Shown here one piece after another: positions 1 to 9,556 of a stretch of DNA of 64,000 nucleotides. The DNA is from Promethearchaeati archaeon SRVP18_Atabeyarchaeia-1. GTDB lineage: Archaea; Asgardarchaeota; Atabeyarchaeia; Atabeyarchaeales; Atabeyarchaeaceae. Numbering within the stretch: position 1 is the first letter of the stretch; each line of letters opens with the position of its first letter. The position numbers and the translations under genes are program-made. Location of the stretch: assembly GCA_037308085.1 (NCBI GenBank), contig CP147779.1, positions 1,312,001-1,376,000 on the forward strand, read 5' to 3'. The notes under the pieces are model-generated. The model was not told where the DNA came from. It ran no database searches and saw only the letters and a program-made list of their open reading frames with translations.

Positions 1-368
1 TGAAGCGCGGCAGAATGCTGTGCCGCATCAAGCTTCGTCCATCTTCTTAGTGCACGCTCGAGAAGAACATGCGCGTCGAATTCTACATGCAAGTGCGGAA
101 GGGCAGCAACGGATCGCCATCGAGTGCGTGCCGGTGAGCGAGGTTCCGGAAGAGCAGGCGCCGCATTAGGCTGTCTGTCTCCCGGCTCCAGCCTAGCGCC
201 GCGGGAGGGAGGGCAGAGCTCTAAGCGGACATGCTCACTAGAACATATTTATACTTCGTCGGTGAACTACTACGGTAGGGGGGTTCCCTCAGGCAGGGTG
301 GCCATCCGCGAAAACGCGTGAAAGCCGGGGTTTCATCTTGGGGAAAGCATTAATGGGAGGAGTGGAAC

Positions 369-1346
369 ATGAAAATCCTACTAACTGGCGCGTATGGCAA
401 CGTGGGCAGCTACGTTGTGAAGGAACTGCTGCGCCAGGGGTACGACACGCGCACCTTTGATTTGAGGACGCCCCGCAACGAGGAAGCCGCGGCAGAATAC
501 GTCAGGCGGATTGAGGCTGTCTGGGGCGATCTGCGAGACATTAAGAGCGTCCGTCGGGCGGTGAAAGGGGCGGACTACGTTCTGCACCTAGGGGCTATCA
601 TCCCTCCGCTGAGTGACGCCGACCCTGATATGGCGCGGGCTGTCAATATTGGCGGCACCCGCAACCTGCTGACCGCGTGCGAGGCGCAACCAAAGCCCCC
701 GCGTCTCTTCTTCGTCTCGTCTTTCGACGTGTTCGGTCATACCCAGGCGCTCCCTCCCCCGCGCCGCGCCACCGACCCTGTCGAGGCTACCGATGTCTAT
801 ACTAAGACCAAAATAGAGGGCGAAAAGATGGTTCGCAAGTCAAGTCTGCCATGGCTTATCGCACGCTTCTCGGATATGCCCATAATAGCCCTGCGCGACC
901 CCGTCCCAGCAATGTTCGAGATTGGGCTCGACAACCGTTTCGAGACAATGCACCCCGCTGACGGGGCGCTGAGCCTGGTCAACGCGCTAAAAGTAGAGGA
1001 ACTCTGGGGTAATAGGCGGCTACTACTCATCGGCGGCGGACCGAAGTGCCAACTGACCTACCGCGAGTTCCTGTTTACTCTGCTCACCGCTATGGGGATC
1101 GGACCGCTCCCCGAGGAGATCTTCAGCAAGAAGGAGTACGTAACCGACTGGCTGGACACCGAGGAGAGCCAGCGTCTCCTTCGCTACCAGCGCCATTCCT
1201 TCCAGGACATCGCCGCCGAGGTATCTGGTCTCCTCGGCTCGACGGGGCACATTGATCCTTCGGCTCGCGAGTATATACGGCAAGGGGTTATCGAGATGTC
1301 GCCCTACTATAAGAAGCCTCCTCAGAAAAGCTTGAGACACGGATAG
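369..1346 (+). CDS. NAD-dependent epimerase/dehydratase (extended SDR)
   Basis: N-terminal TGAYGNVG Rossmann motif, YTKTK catalytic YxxxK, GGAGGAG RBS. The last codons overlap a tnpB fragment on the other strand. Confidence 0.9.
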   Translation: MKILLTGAYGNVGSYVVKELLRQGYDTRTFDLRTPRNEEAAAEYVRRIEAVWGDLRDIKSVRRAVKGADYVLHLGAIIPPLSDADPDMARAVNIGGTRNLLTACEAQPKPPRLFFVSSFDVFGHTQALPPPRRATDPVEATDVYTKTKIEGEKMVRKSSLPWLIARFSDMPIIALRDPVPAMFEIGLDNRFETMHPADGALSLVNALKVEELWGNRRLLLIGGGPKCQLTYREFLFTLLTAMGIGPLPEEIFSKKEYVTDWLDTEESQRLLRYQRHSFQDIAAEVSGLLGSTGHIDPSAREYIRQGVIEMSPYYKKPPQKSLRHG

Positions 1347-1490
1347 ATGCGAGCCTTCTTGTATCAATCTTCACCCATCCAGTCTCAAGGCCGTAACCGT
1401 CCATGGTGAGCAGGTTTGAGTCCCATGCCACCTTCTCAGCGGGTTTCTTCTCTTTCTCTGGTACTTCTGGTGCGTGGATGGAGAGGTCTT
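1323..1490 (-). pseudogene. tnpB: Internal fragment of tnpB (RuvC-I region)
   Basis: Translates KPAEKVAWDSNLLTMDGYGLETGWVKIDTRRLASI, closely similar to RPAEAVAWDSNMLSMDGYSPETGWVKVDTRRLASI of the TnpB at 32282-33496. Confidence 0.85.
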
Positions 1491-1709
1491 GGACGTCGCC
1501 GCTTCCCGCGGGATCAGCTTGGACCCTGAAACCCTGAAGGCTGGGGATATCCAAGTTGATCAAGGCAATAGCGGAGGAAGTCACCAGGTTGCTGGAACGC
1601 AACAGTAGGAGTTCAGGGACTCACAAAACAGGAGACCAAAATAAATATAGGGTACGACAGCGCAATCGTACCGTACTGTTCCAGAGATCACATTCTGGGA
1701 GAGAATGAA

Positions 1710-1811
1710 ATGAAGGAACAAGTAGTGAGGAAAGGAAGAAGGATCCTCTATAAGAAACTACAGAAAAGGAATTCCAAGACCGTCATGATGGATCCGAGAC
1801 TAGGATACTGA
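1710..1811 (+). CDS. Possible 33-aa basic small protein (MKEQVVRKGRRILYKKLQKRNSKTVMMDPRLGY)
   Basis: ATG at 1710 with GGAGAG upstream and an AT-rich TATA-like AAATATA near 1643; below the ORF-track cut-off; no family recognised. Confidence 0.3.
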   Translation: MKEQVVRKGRRILYKKLQKRNSKTVMMDPRLGY

Positions 1812-2124
1812 TTGATGTCGCTTTTTCTACTAATCCACTGCCAAGCTTGCTCCTTGTAATCTCTAGCTGTAAATGTGAAGACTGTTCTCTTGATGTCTAG
1901 TTTGGCAGCATACTGTTCGTCATTTCCCCTCACGGGAAACCCGGTTGAAGCTCCTCCTAGAGCCAAGCTCACTCTTCTTCATCAGCGAGGTAAAGTATTA
2001 ATCAGCGATAACTGTTAGGAAGACTTAGTGCGCATGTTTGAGTCGAGGCAGACGCCTCAATTGCGCGAGCGTCGGCTTTCAAACATCTGTGCACTATGAT
2101 TATTGCGTGCGTGGCGTTGGTTTC

Positions 2125-3222
2125 ATGGGAGACGTAAGTAGGTTTTTTAAGGCGCATGTAAAGGAAGTCGAACCCTACAATCCGACAGGGATTCTCCGAG
2201 TGCTTTACAAAGACCGCAGCCACTTCGCCAGGATGATGGGTAATGAGAGCCCCTTTCCTCCTTCCCCTAGAGTCAAGGAAGCCATGAATTCTGTTTTCTC
2301 TCAGTTGGGGTGGTACCCGGATTCAACTTACTTCGAGCTACGCGAGGCTCTGTCCAAGTATACTGGGCTCCAGACCGGAAACATCATAGTCGCCAACGGC
2401 TCCACGGAGCTCATAGATCTAATCTCCAGGGCATTCATCGAGACTGGAGACGAGGCCATACTTTCGATACCGACATACTCCGTGTATAGAATGAGGCTCC
2501 GGGTCGCGGGAGCAAGCATCATCGATGTGCCGAAGCTCAAGCCGGATTTCAAGTACGACGTGGAGGGCGTATCGAGCAGGGTCAATCCTCGCACCAGAAT
2601 CATTGTCCTGGTTAGACCGGACAATCCAATTGGCAACCTAATCCCAGAAGATGACGTGGTCAAGGTATTGGACAGCGGCGCCGTCGTCGTGCTCGACGAA
2701 GCCTATTATGAATTCTGCGGAAAGAGTCTGACAAAACTCATTGAGAGGTATGACAACCTGATTATTCTGAGAACACTTTCCAAGGCTTTCAGTCTAGCTG
2801 GTCTAAGAGTCGGTTATGCATTGACGAATAACAAAATCGTGAAGTATCTGGAGAGAGCTAGGCCAGCGTTCACGGTGAGTCTGCTAGCTGAGAAAGCTGC
2901 GGTTGCCGCACTTGGAGACTTGGCGTACTCGCGGAGCAACATACAGAAGATAATTGAAGGCAGGGAATTTCTTCTCAGAGAACTTTCTAAGATAAGAGGG
3001 CTGAGAGTATATCCGTCGGAGACAAACTTTATACTCGTGAAGATGGAGAATAGTAAGCTACCGGTTGGCAAGATCATGATGGGACTTGTCAGCCGTGGAA
3101 TCATTGTGAGGGACTATACTGACGCTAAAGGTTTGCAGGGCGAATACCTGCGCATAACCGTTAGCACAGTGGAAGATAATGCAAACTTCATCAAGGGAAT
3201 CCATGAGTTATTGGAGGTGTAG
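2125..3222 (+). CDS. hisC: Histidinol-phosphate aminotransferase-like PLP enzyme
   Basis: NESPF, NGSTELI, DEAYYEF and LRTLSKAFSLAGLRVGY motifs. Start placed at ATG 2125 (the ORF opens at 2038). Confidence 0.85.
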   Translation: MGDVSRFFKAHVKEVEPYNPTGILRVLYKDRSHFARMMGNESPFPPSPRVKEAMNSVFSQLGWYPDSTYFELREALSKYTGLQTGNIIVANGSTELIDLISRAFIETGDEAILSIPTYSVYRMRLRVAGASIIDVPKLKPDFKYDVEGVSSRVNPRTRIIVLVRPDNPIGNLIPEDDVVKVLDSGAVVVLDEAYYEFCGKSLTKLIERYDNLIILRTLSKAFSLAGLRVGYALTNNKIVKYLERARPAFTVSLLAEKAAVAALGDLAYSRSNIQKIIEGREFLLRELSKIRGLRVYPSETNFILVKMENSKLPVGKIMMGLVSRGIIVRDYTDAKGLQGEYLRITVSTVEDNANFIKGIHELLEV

Positions 3223-3230
3223 AGAGGAGG

Positions 3231-4763
3231 ATGGCTGGAGTGAAATATATTCTGGCACATGATATCGGCACAGAGGTGACCAAGGCTGCCATAGTCGATG
3301 CAGATGGAAAGATGTTGGGAACTGCATCAGAGGAGTATGATGTTCTTTATCCCAACCCGGGTTGGGCAGAACAGGATCCTCAAGTCTATTGGGAAGCTGT
3401 AGTTAGAACAACAAGACAGGTTCTTTCGAAAACCAAGATCAACCCTTCCGAAATAACTGCAATGGTATTTGATGCTATGATGCGCTCAACTATTGCGGTG
3501 GATGAAAAAGGTAAGGCATTGCGACCCGTGCTGCTTTGGCTTGACAGAAGAGCTTCAAAGCAAGCTGACAATTTCATGATGATGTTTGATCTAATGGAAC
3601 TGCTCAAGAGACCTGTGATACCCGTTGCATCACCCACCGATCCCATAGCGAAGATAATGTGGATAAAAGAGAAGGAACCTGAAATCTTTGCCAGAACAAG
3701 TAGGTTCGTGGATGTAAAGGACTATTTGATCTACAAGTGCGTGGGAGATTTCTTCGTGGATTGGAGCTGCGCCTCTATTTACGGATTCATGAACTTGAAC
3801 ACAAAGAAAATGGAGAAAGACATCTTGCAGAAAGTCGGTCTCTCAGAGGAGAAATTAGCCAAGCTTGTAAAAACGACCGATGTAGTAGGCAATTTGACTG
3901 GGCAAGCAGCTCGGGAGCTGGGGCTAACAGAGAAGACCCAGGTTGTCTGTGGCTGTGGGGATGTCGCAGCCGTCGGCATAGGTTCAGGAGCAATAAAGAA
4001 TGGTAGCCCTCACCTCTACATGGGATCGTCTGCTTGGATAGCTCTCCACACGGACAAATTCATGGCCGATCTTTCTGGTGCAGGAACAATATGCTCAGGC
4101 GACCCATCAAAGCTACTTCTCGTAGGAACGACGGATAATGCTGGTAACTGTCTAAAGTGGTTTAAGGACCAACTCTGTGATGCTGAGAGGAAAACCGCTG
4201 AGGCAACTGGCAAGGGTGTTTACCAAGTTCTCGATGAAGAAGCTGCGAAATCATCACCTGGCGCGAACCGTCTTCTTTTCACGCCATGGATGGTTGGCGA
4301 GGGCTGTCCTTTCATAGATCCAAAATGTAGAGGAGGATTCATCAACCTGTCTTTGAATCATACGAAGAGGGATATGACTAGGGCAATACTGGAAGGGGTA
4401 TCATATAACCTGAGATGGATTCAGGAGATCATTGAGGTGAACATGAAGCAGAAGATCTCTACTTTGAACGTAGTTGGAGGAGGAGCCAAAAGTACTGTCT
4501 GGCTTCAAATTCTCACTGACGTGCTTGCCAAACCCCTGAGACAGATCCAGGTTCTGCAGGATGTGGGAACAGTCGGTGCCGCCATGATAGCAGCCGTAGG
4601 GTTAGGCGTCTACAAGGACTTCGATTCGCTTGAGAAGTTGCCCAAAGTGAAGGCTACATACAACCCGAACAAGGACTATGCGAAAACCTATGATGCAATG
4701 TATGATTGCTTCAAAAAGGCCTACAAGGGACTGACCCCAATTCACAACTTACTGAACAGATGA
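3231..4763 (+). CDS. FGGY-family carbohydrate kinase (xylulokinase-like)
   Basis: HDIGT, PGWAEQDP, WLDRRA, GCGD, RAILEGV and VVGGGAKS motifs; GGAGG RBS; starts 8 nt after the hisC stop. Confidence 0.9.
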   Translation: MAGVKYILAHDIGTEVTKAAIVDADGKMLGTASEEYDVLYPNPGWAEQDPQVYWEAVVRTTRQVLSKTKINPSEITAMVFDAMMRSTIAVDEKGKALRPVLLWLDRRASKQADNFMMMFDLMELLKRPVIPVASPTDPIAKIMWIKEKEPEIFARTSRFVDVKDYLIYKCVGDFFVDWSCASIYGFMNLNTKKMEKDILQKVGLSEEKLAKLVKTTDVVGNLTGQAARELGLTEKTQVVCGCGDVAAVGIGSGAIKNGSPHLYMGSSAWIALHTDKFMADLSGAGTICSGDPSKLLLVGTTDNAGNCLKWFKDQLCDAERKTAEATGKGVYQVLDEEAAKSSPGANRLLFTPWMVGEGCPFIDPKCRGGFINLSLNHTKRDMTRAILEGVSYNLRWIQEIIEVNMKQKISTLNVVGGGAKSTVWLQILTDVLAKPLRQIQVLQDVGTVGAAMIAAVGLGVYKDFDSLEKLPKVKATYNPNKDYAKTYDAMYDCFKKAYKGLTPIHNLLNR

Positions 4764-4788
4764 GAAAGTGGATGCAAACTGTGCAATA

Positions 4789-4817
4789 GGGAGAGCTATT
4801 CCTCCCGCCTTTCTTTT
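4789..4817 (+). terminator. Putative terminator hairpin plus pyrimidine tract between convergent genes
   Basis: GGGAG...CTCCC inverted repeat followed by CTTTCTTTT. Confidence 0.4.
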
Positions 4818-4853
4818 CAGGCGCCTGCCTACCTGTATGCTTGTTGTACGGTA

Positions 4854-7727
4854 CTATTTGATCTTATTGAGTAGATAGTTTATTGAAGGCATCGTACTTG
4901 CCAGGGAATAGTAGTGATTAGACAACAGTAGAAGTGAATCGATGATCGGAGAGTGGGCCTTGCTGTTGATTTTCATTGCTCCTAGGAACGAAAGCAGGCT
5001 AATTGATGATATGATTGCGATGGGAGCCAGGAGAATCAGGTTCCACGCACCAAGCCCTGAAAGCATCGAGTGCAGATAGACAGTCAGAAACACAGAGAAG
5101 ATTAGCGCAATGATACTCGCCAAGGCCATCTTCCTCAAGTTTTTCGAGTAGGCTGCCTCATTCTTATGGAGGGCCTCTGCTACTATTCTTCTGATCTTCT
5201 CCACCTTATCCATCAACCTATGGTTTTGTCTGGCCAAAGAGGAGTATAGCGTCGTGCTGCTGTCAAAGCTATCGGACTCATACTTCGTTGCTTTTATCAC
5301 AAGGTCGAGAAGAGCAACATCATAGTCAAGACTCCTTATCTCTTTCTCGGCCTCCTTCGCCTTTAAGTAGACCGTCTCTGTGAGGCTTTGCATGGCTTCG
5401 ATGTTCTCTCTAAGAATGTCAAGACTGCGGCTGAACTTATCCAGAACACTTCTCATGAACTTCAATTCCTTGTACTCGGTGCCCATTATGTTATCAGCGT
5501 TAAATGTCGGGGAGCGCTCCATGAACTGAGATAACCTCAGGAGACTGGTGGAGAGATCCTGCGCCGTCGTCGCCTCAAACGTGGACCGGGTCGGGATAAG
5601 GAAGATGTGTTCAACCACTTCCCTCAGTTCGCTGACTCGTTTGGCCCTGCCGAAGATCATCAGCCTATTCTTTATTGGCTCAAAAAGAACTGTGGCATGC
5701 GTGGTCTGCATGATCCTAGGGTTCTCCTTGACAGAGTTGAAATACTCGCCCATGCCTTTGAGCATGTACTCAAGGTTCTTGCTACCTATGACTCTCTCTT
5801 TTCTGAAGGTTCCAACTTCGTATATGCCCGTCGACGTTGAAATATCCTCAAGGAAAGAGTACTCAAAATCCTTTGGGTTAAGCTCAGAGAATTGATCTGG
5901 GCGCAGGTCAACCGACCATATGAAGCAGACAAACGATCCCAGAAGTTGACCGATGTTTGAGTATACTTTCTCAATTCTTTCATTGAATGCCTTGAGGAAC
6001 TCGTTTCTTTTCAATAGCGAAGCGGCTTTTGCCGAGTTGTCGCGATCGATCATACTCAGCTCGCCTACAGTACGATCCTTGCGCATTGTCTTGATCAAGT
6101 CTTTCAGGTACAGATTATAGTTGTTTCTGAGGGTATTCTCATAGCGGATCGCCTCGGCCCTAAGCTGCGTAAAAGTCTTGGTTGCGCCTCTATTCAGGGC
6201 CAGCTTGATCGTGACTAGTTCGCCTTCCTCCTTCACACTATAGTCCTGTGAAATCCTCTTGGAGCATTTTCCAAACGTCTTCATTATCTTCTTCCTAAGC
6301 GGATTGAACATCACCGGCACCAGGAAGAAGGCCGAGAGATACATGCCATCAACAGACAGCGACTTGCCACCAACCTTCTGTATTCTTGTGGCAACTGATT
6401 TCAGCGGGAGATATGTCATTGCATATAATCTCAGAGAAATAAAGGTAAGAAGCCCCAAGCTGCCCACGGCAACACCAATGCTGATCAAGGTTCCTTCGAT
6501 GTCTGTGCCGATGAACCCTGTTATCGTCGCTACAGCGGTGATCAGGTTAGTCAGTTGCGTCAATGCATCACGGACTATGTAGATGAAGAAGAGGTAGGAA
6601 AGATATATTGCGACCACGGACCACCCGATCGAGATTCCGCCATACGTGACCATAGCAAACCGCTGTCTCCTACTGTATTCGCTGTACTTCATACGCGCTT
6701 GGCGGCGCCCCTTTGTTAGTAGCGTTCTTATGTACCCAAATGCTTCGGACCGTAGATTCGGGATATTCAGAATATCCATAAGCGCATAGTATCCATCTGT
6801 CTCAAACATTGGGGCCATGTTCAGCAATGCCATGTAGTAAGCGAAGAAGAAGGTCATTACAAGTAGGTAAGAAGCACTCGGAAACAAGTTGAAGAATGCG
6901 GCGAGCCCGGCTACCGACCCGATTAATAGCGTTGACAGCGGACCCACGATCGATACAAGAACCCTCTTGCCCCGGGACAAACGCCAAGACTCGCTAGTAT
7001 CACAGTAGAACATTGGGTAGAAGTAATAGAGCCCAGTTCCAAGTTCCCCGGGACTCGCGCCGAAGTGCGTCAAAGCCAACCCGTGAGCCAACTCGTGAAC
7101 CACGAGAATAGGAAATATCAACACTATCGAGAAGATGAAGAATCCAAGAATTGTGGAGCCTTGCACATTGAAACTCCCAGAAGATAGCGTGTTGAGAAAG
7201 ACATCTCTTAGGAGAAAGGCGGTGAATGCAACTACTATGATTGCAATGAAAAGGAATATCTTGGTGAAAAAAACCCTTGTGAGCCTGTAGAGTCTCCTAA
7301 AGATCGAGGAAGATTTGGATGCGCCCAAAAGAGGCATGTTTATTATCAGAGGAGAAACGACTTCAGGCTTGAGTGTACCTTTCTTTGCATCCTTCACCAT
7401 CTCCCCTTCTCCATTCTGGCTATTCACGTCCCGAATGAGATTCTCTTGGGCCGCGAAAGTGATGAACCCTTCGACATCGTCGGGGCTATGCCTATTTCCA
7501 AGTTTCCTTTTGATGGACGAGATCGAGTGATGCCCATCCATCATCTTCCAGATCAATGCGGCGCTCGAATCTATGTAGTAAGTCTCCTCAGTCTTATCAT
7601 TAGCCAGCACGTATCGGTTTCTATCACTCTTTGAGATCTTTACTTGTTCTCCTCTGAGAGGACGGAACTTTGGATCATATTTTATCTTGTAGTAGATCTC
7701 CACGCCCAAGAAGTTCCACCCCCACAT
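4854..7727 (-). CDS. PqqD/RRE domain + M50 (site-2) zinc metalloprotease fused to a long helical domain and two C-terminal TM helices
   Basis: N-terminal PqqD-like YVL...YYID..AALIWKMMDG; HELAH zinc motif; GTGLYYFYPMFYCD; NMAPMFETDGYY (NxxPxxxxDG); about 450 aa soluble C-terminal region followed by two hydrophobic helices. True start is probably the TTG/GTG a few codons downstream of the GGGGGTG RBS. Confidence 0.85.
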   Translation of the reverse strand: MWGWNFLGVEIYYKIKYDPKFRPLRGEQVKISKSDRNRYVLANDKTEETYYIDSSAALIWKMMDGHHSISSIKRKLGNRHSPDDVEGFITFAAQENLIRDVNSQNGEGEMVKDAKKGTLKPEVVSPLIINMPLLGASKSSSIFRRLYRLTRVFFTKIFLFIAIIVVAFTAFLLRDVFLNTLSSGSFNVQGSTILGFFIFSIVLIFPILVVHELAHGLALTHFGASPGELGTGLYYFYPMFYCDTSESWRLSRGKRVLVSIVGPLSTLLIGSVAGLAAFFNLFPSASYLLVMTFFFAYYMALLNMAPMFETDGYYALMDILNIPNLRSEAFGYIRTLLTKGRRQARMKYSEYSRRQRFAMVTYGGISIGWSVVAIYLSYLFFIYIVRDALTQLTNLITAVATITGFIGTDIEGTLISIGVAVGSLGLLTFISLRLYAMTYLPLKSVATRIQKVGGKSLSVDGMYLSAFFLVPVMFNPLRKKIMKTFGKCSKRISQDYSVKEEGELVTIKLALNRGATKTFTQLRAEAIRYENTLRNNYNLYLKDLIKTMRKDRTVGELSMIDRDNSAKAASLLKRNEFLKAFNERIEKVYSNIGQLLGSFVCFIWSVDLRPDQFSELNPKDFEYSFLEDISTSTGIYEVGTFRKERVIGSKNLEYMLKGMGEYFNSVKENPRIMQTTHATVLFEPIKNRLMIFGRAKRVSELREVVEHIFLIPTRSTFEATTAQDLSTSLLRLSQFMERSPTFNADNIMGTEYKELKFMRSVLDKFSRSLDILRENIEAMQSLTETVYLKAKEAEKEIRSLDYDVALLDLVIKATKYESDSFDSSTTLYSSLARQNHRLMDKVEKIRRIVAEALHKNEAAYSKNLRKMALASIIALIFSVFLTVYLHSMLSGLGAWNLILLAPIAIISSISLLSFLGAMKINSKAHSPIIDSLLLLSNHYYSLASTMPSINYLLNKIK

Positions 7728-8221
7728 TCAAACATAGCTTAGGAACCAGCTTCAGGCACATGGCAAGCATAGAAAAACCTGATTGTCAACCTTGCCGTGG
7801 CTAATGTGAGACTGCACACTAACACTTGATGATGCCATTCATAAATCTATCGTAATAACCAGGAACCAGCTCACCATTCTGTCGGAGGGAAGTCCACGCC
7901 CCTTTAGGATGGGAGGAACTGCAGGTCTCCCAATGGCGGTTCAAGTGGCATTCTTGTCCAACAAGCAGTGGCGCCGGGCGGCAACAGCAAACAGAACGGA
8001 AAGCCCACAAGCTTCAGCGATGGGAAGAGGTCACAAGTCAATAATACGCCGCTGGATAAATGGATATCTCGACGTTTCAATTCGGCTTGCCTGCGTTTTG
8101 CCCTCGGCGCGAACCAGTAACATGAGATTTCTAAATTGAAAGCCTTTTAAGCAAAATCGATCACAAATCGATAGTTCTAGCATCGGCATGGTAGTGATAA
8201 GCCTACACAATTACGCGAGAA

Positions 8222-9415
8222 GTGAATTCTGCAATGAGCGGCTCTAGGAGATTCCTCACAGAGAGAAGAACCATACTGCTCACCTATGGCATAGCTTTCA
8301 CGATTGGAGTGATCATCCTGGCATACGGTCTATGGGTAGCCAATTGGAACTTCTATGATTGGCTTGAACAGCCTCTGGTACAGACAACGTTGTACTTCTC
8401 GGCCGCTGTCATAAGGGCGGTTGCTGGCTTTGGACTAATCGCGACTTACATCGCTATCTTCGAAATTCTGCTGGCGATCTTCTCAAGAGCATACAAGGCT
8501 AGAGGTATTTCAAGGATAGTGAAAGGCGCGAAGCTTCAGGACCTGTTCAGTCGCGGGACAATCACGGATGCAGTGAAGAACATCAAGATAACTGAGACAT
8601 TCAAGGGTGAGAAGATCTCTGAGGCAGTCAAGGGTGAGAAGATCTCCGCAGTGCTAGCAGGGAAGAAGGGTCGCAAGATCCGCATTGCTGGAGTAGTGTT
8701 CTTCCTTGTCTTGGTGCCCCTATTCATACTCGCCTACGTAACAATTAGATTCATCAACACAGTCAGTGGCGGTGGAGGCCAGACATTGTTCGACATCGCC
8801 TACCTGATGGTAGGAGTCTGGGGTCTATTGTTAACTGTCTACCTTCTCCCAATCGCCAGGGGAGATTTCATAACATTCGAAAAGATGTCAGATCTCAGTG
8901 ACAAACTTAAGGAAGGTGAAGTCAGGAGAGGGCTCAACAGTCTCAAAGATAGAATCGAAGGCTTCTATAATAGCAAAATCAAGAGGGAGCAGGAACAACC
9001 CGAAGAGCAGAAAGCCGTGGACAAAGTCGCGGAGGCTGTTGCCTTGGAGCACGCAGGAGAGTACGCTGACACTCTCAACAAGATAGGATTCGAGAGCGTG
9101 CGAGAAACGGTGCTCGCTTATAGGCATATGGTAACTGATTACCTTCTTCTTCCAGTCGTGCTCGGCTCGCTCGTAGTGCCTCCGGTCGCCCTGTTGTTCT
9201 TGGTAGTATTCGGTAGGGCGTTCTTCTTCAAGAAAGAAGTGGGAAGGAGCCTGCTTGAACGCATCATAGTAGTCGGCGCGGTCATGATGGCTGGGGCATG
9301 GGCTTCCGTTGACATCATCTTTGGCCAGATAACTGTCCTAGTGAGCTTTGACTATCTTATCGGCGCATTCATCGGCGTTATTGTCTTCTTGTACCTGGCT
9401 CGCAGGGCGATATGA
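8222..9415 (+). CDS. Uncharacterised multi-pass membrane protein
   Basis: 397-aa ORF with about 7-8 hydrophobic segments and two charged loops; divergent from the M50 gene. Confidence 0.75.
   Translation: MNSAMSGSRRFLTERRTILLTYGIAFTIGVIILAYGLWVANWNFYDWLEQPLVQTTLYFSAAVIRAVAGFGLIATYIAIFEILLAIFSRAYKARGISRIVKGAKLQDLFSRGTITDAVKNIKITETFKGEKISEAVKGEKISAVLAGKKGRKIRIAGVVFFLVLVPLFILAYVTIRFINTVSGGGGQTLFDIAYLMVGVWGLLLTVYLLPIARGDFITFEKMSDLSDKLKEGEVRRGLNSLKDRIEGFYNSKIKREQEQPEEQKAVDKVAEAVALEHAGEYADTLNKIGFESVRETVLAYRHMVTDYLLLPVVLGSLVVPPVALLFLVVFGRAFFFKKEVGRSLLERIIVVGAVMMAGAWASVDIIFGQITVLVSFDYLIGAFIGVIVFLYLARRAI
8601..8646 (+). repeat. In-frame 27-nt-period repeat (KGEKIS-EAV-KGEKIS)
   Basis: TCAAGGGTGAGAAGATCTC at 8601-8619 and 8628-8646. 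Confidence 0.85.
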
Positions 9416-9556
9416 AAGTCCAGAAGAGGGGCCTCTCCGAGACACCCCCAAACGAATCTCTTTTTCTTGATCCTTAATCGGGATGCAAGGCGGCAGACTG
9501 TCTAGCAATTTCCTTTCAAATGAAAGACTTTTTAGAGTCATTCCAACATTCTATAA

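Noticed and set aside
1-169. Possible 3' end of a decayed gene (loosely OB-fold-like text such as LEKNMRVEF)
   Set aside because: Cut by the window edge, needs a stop and a frameshift to read through, and I cannot support a family.
1748-1972. 74-aa minus-strand ORF
   Set aside because: No motif, RBS or recognisable composition; overlaps a better-signalled small ORF on the plus strand.
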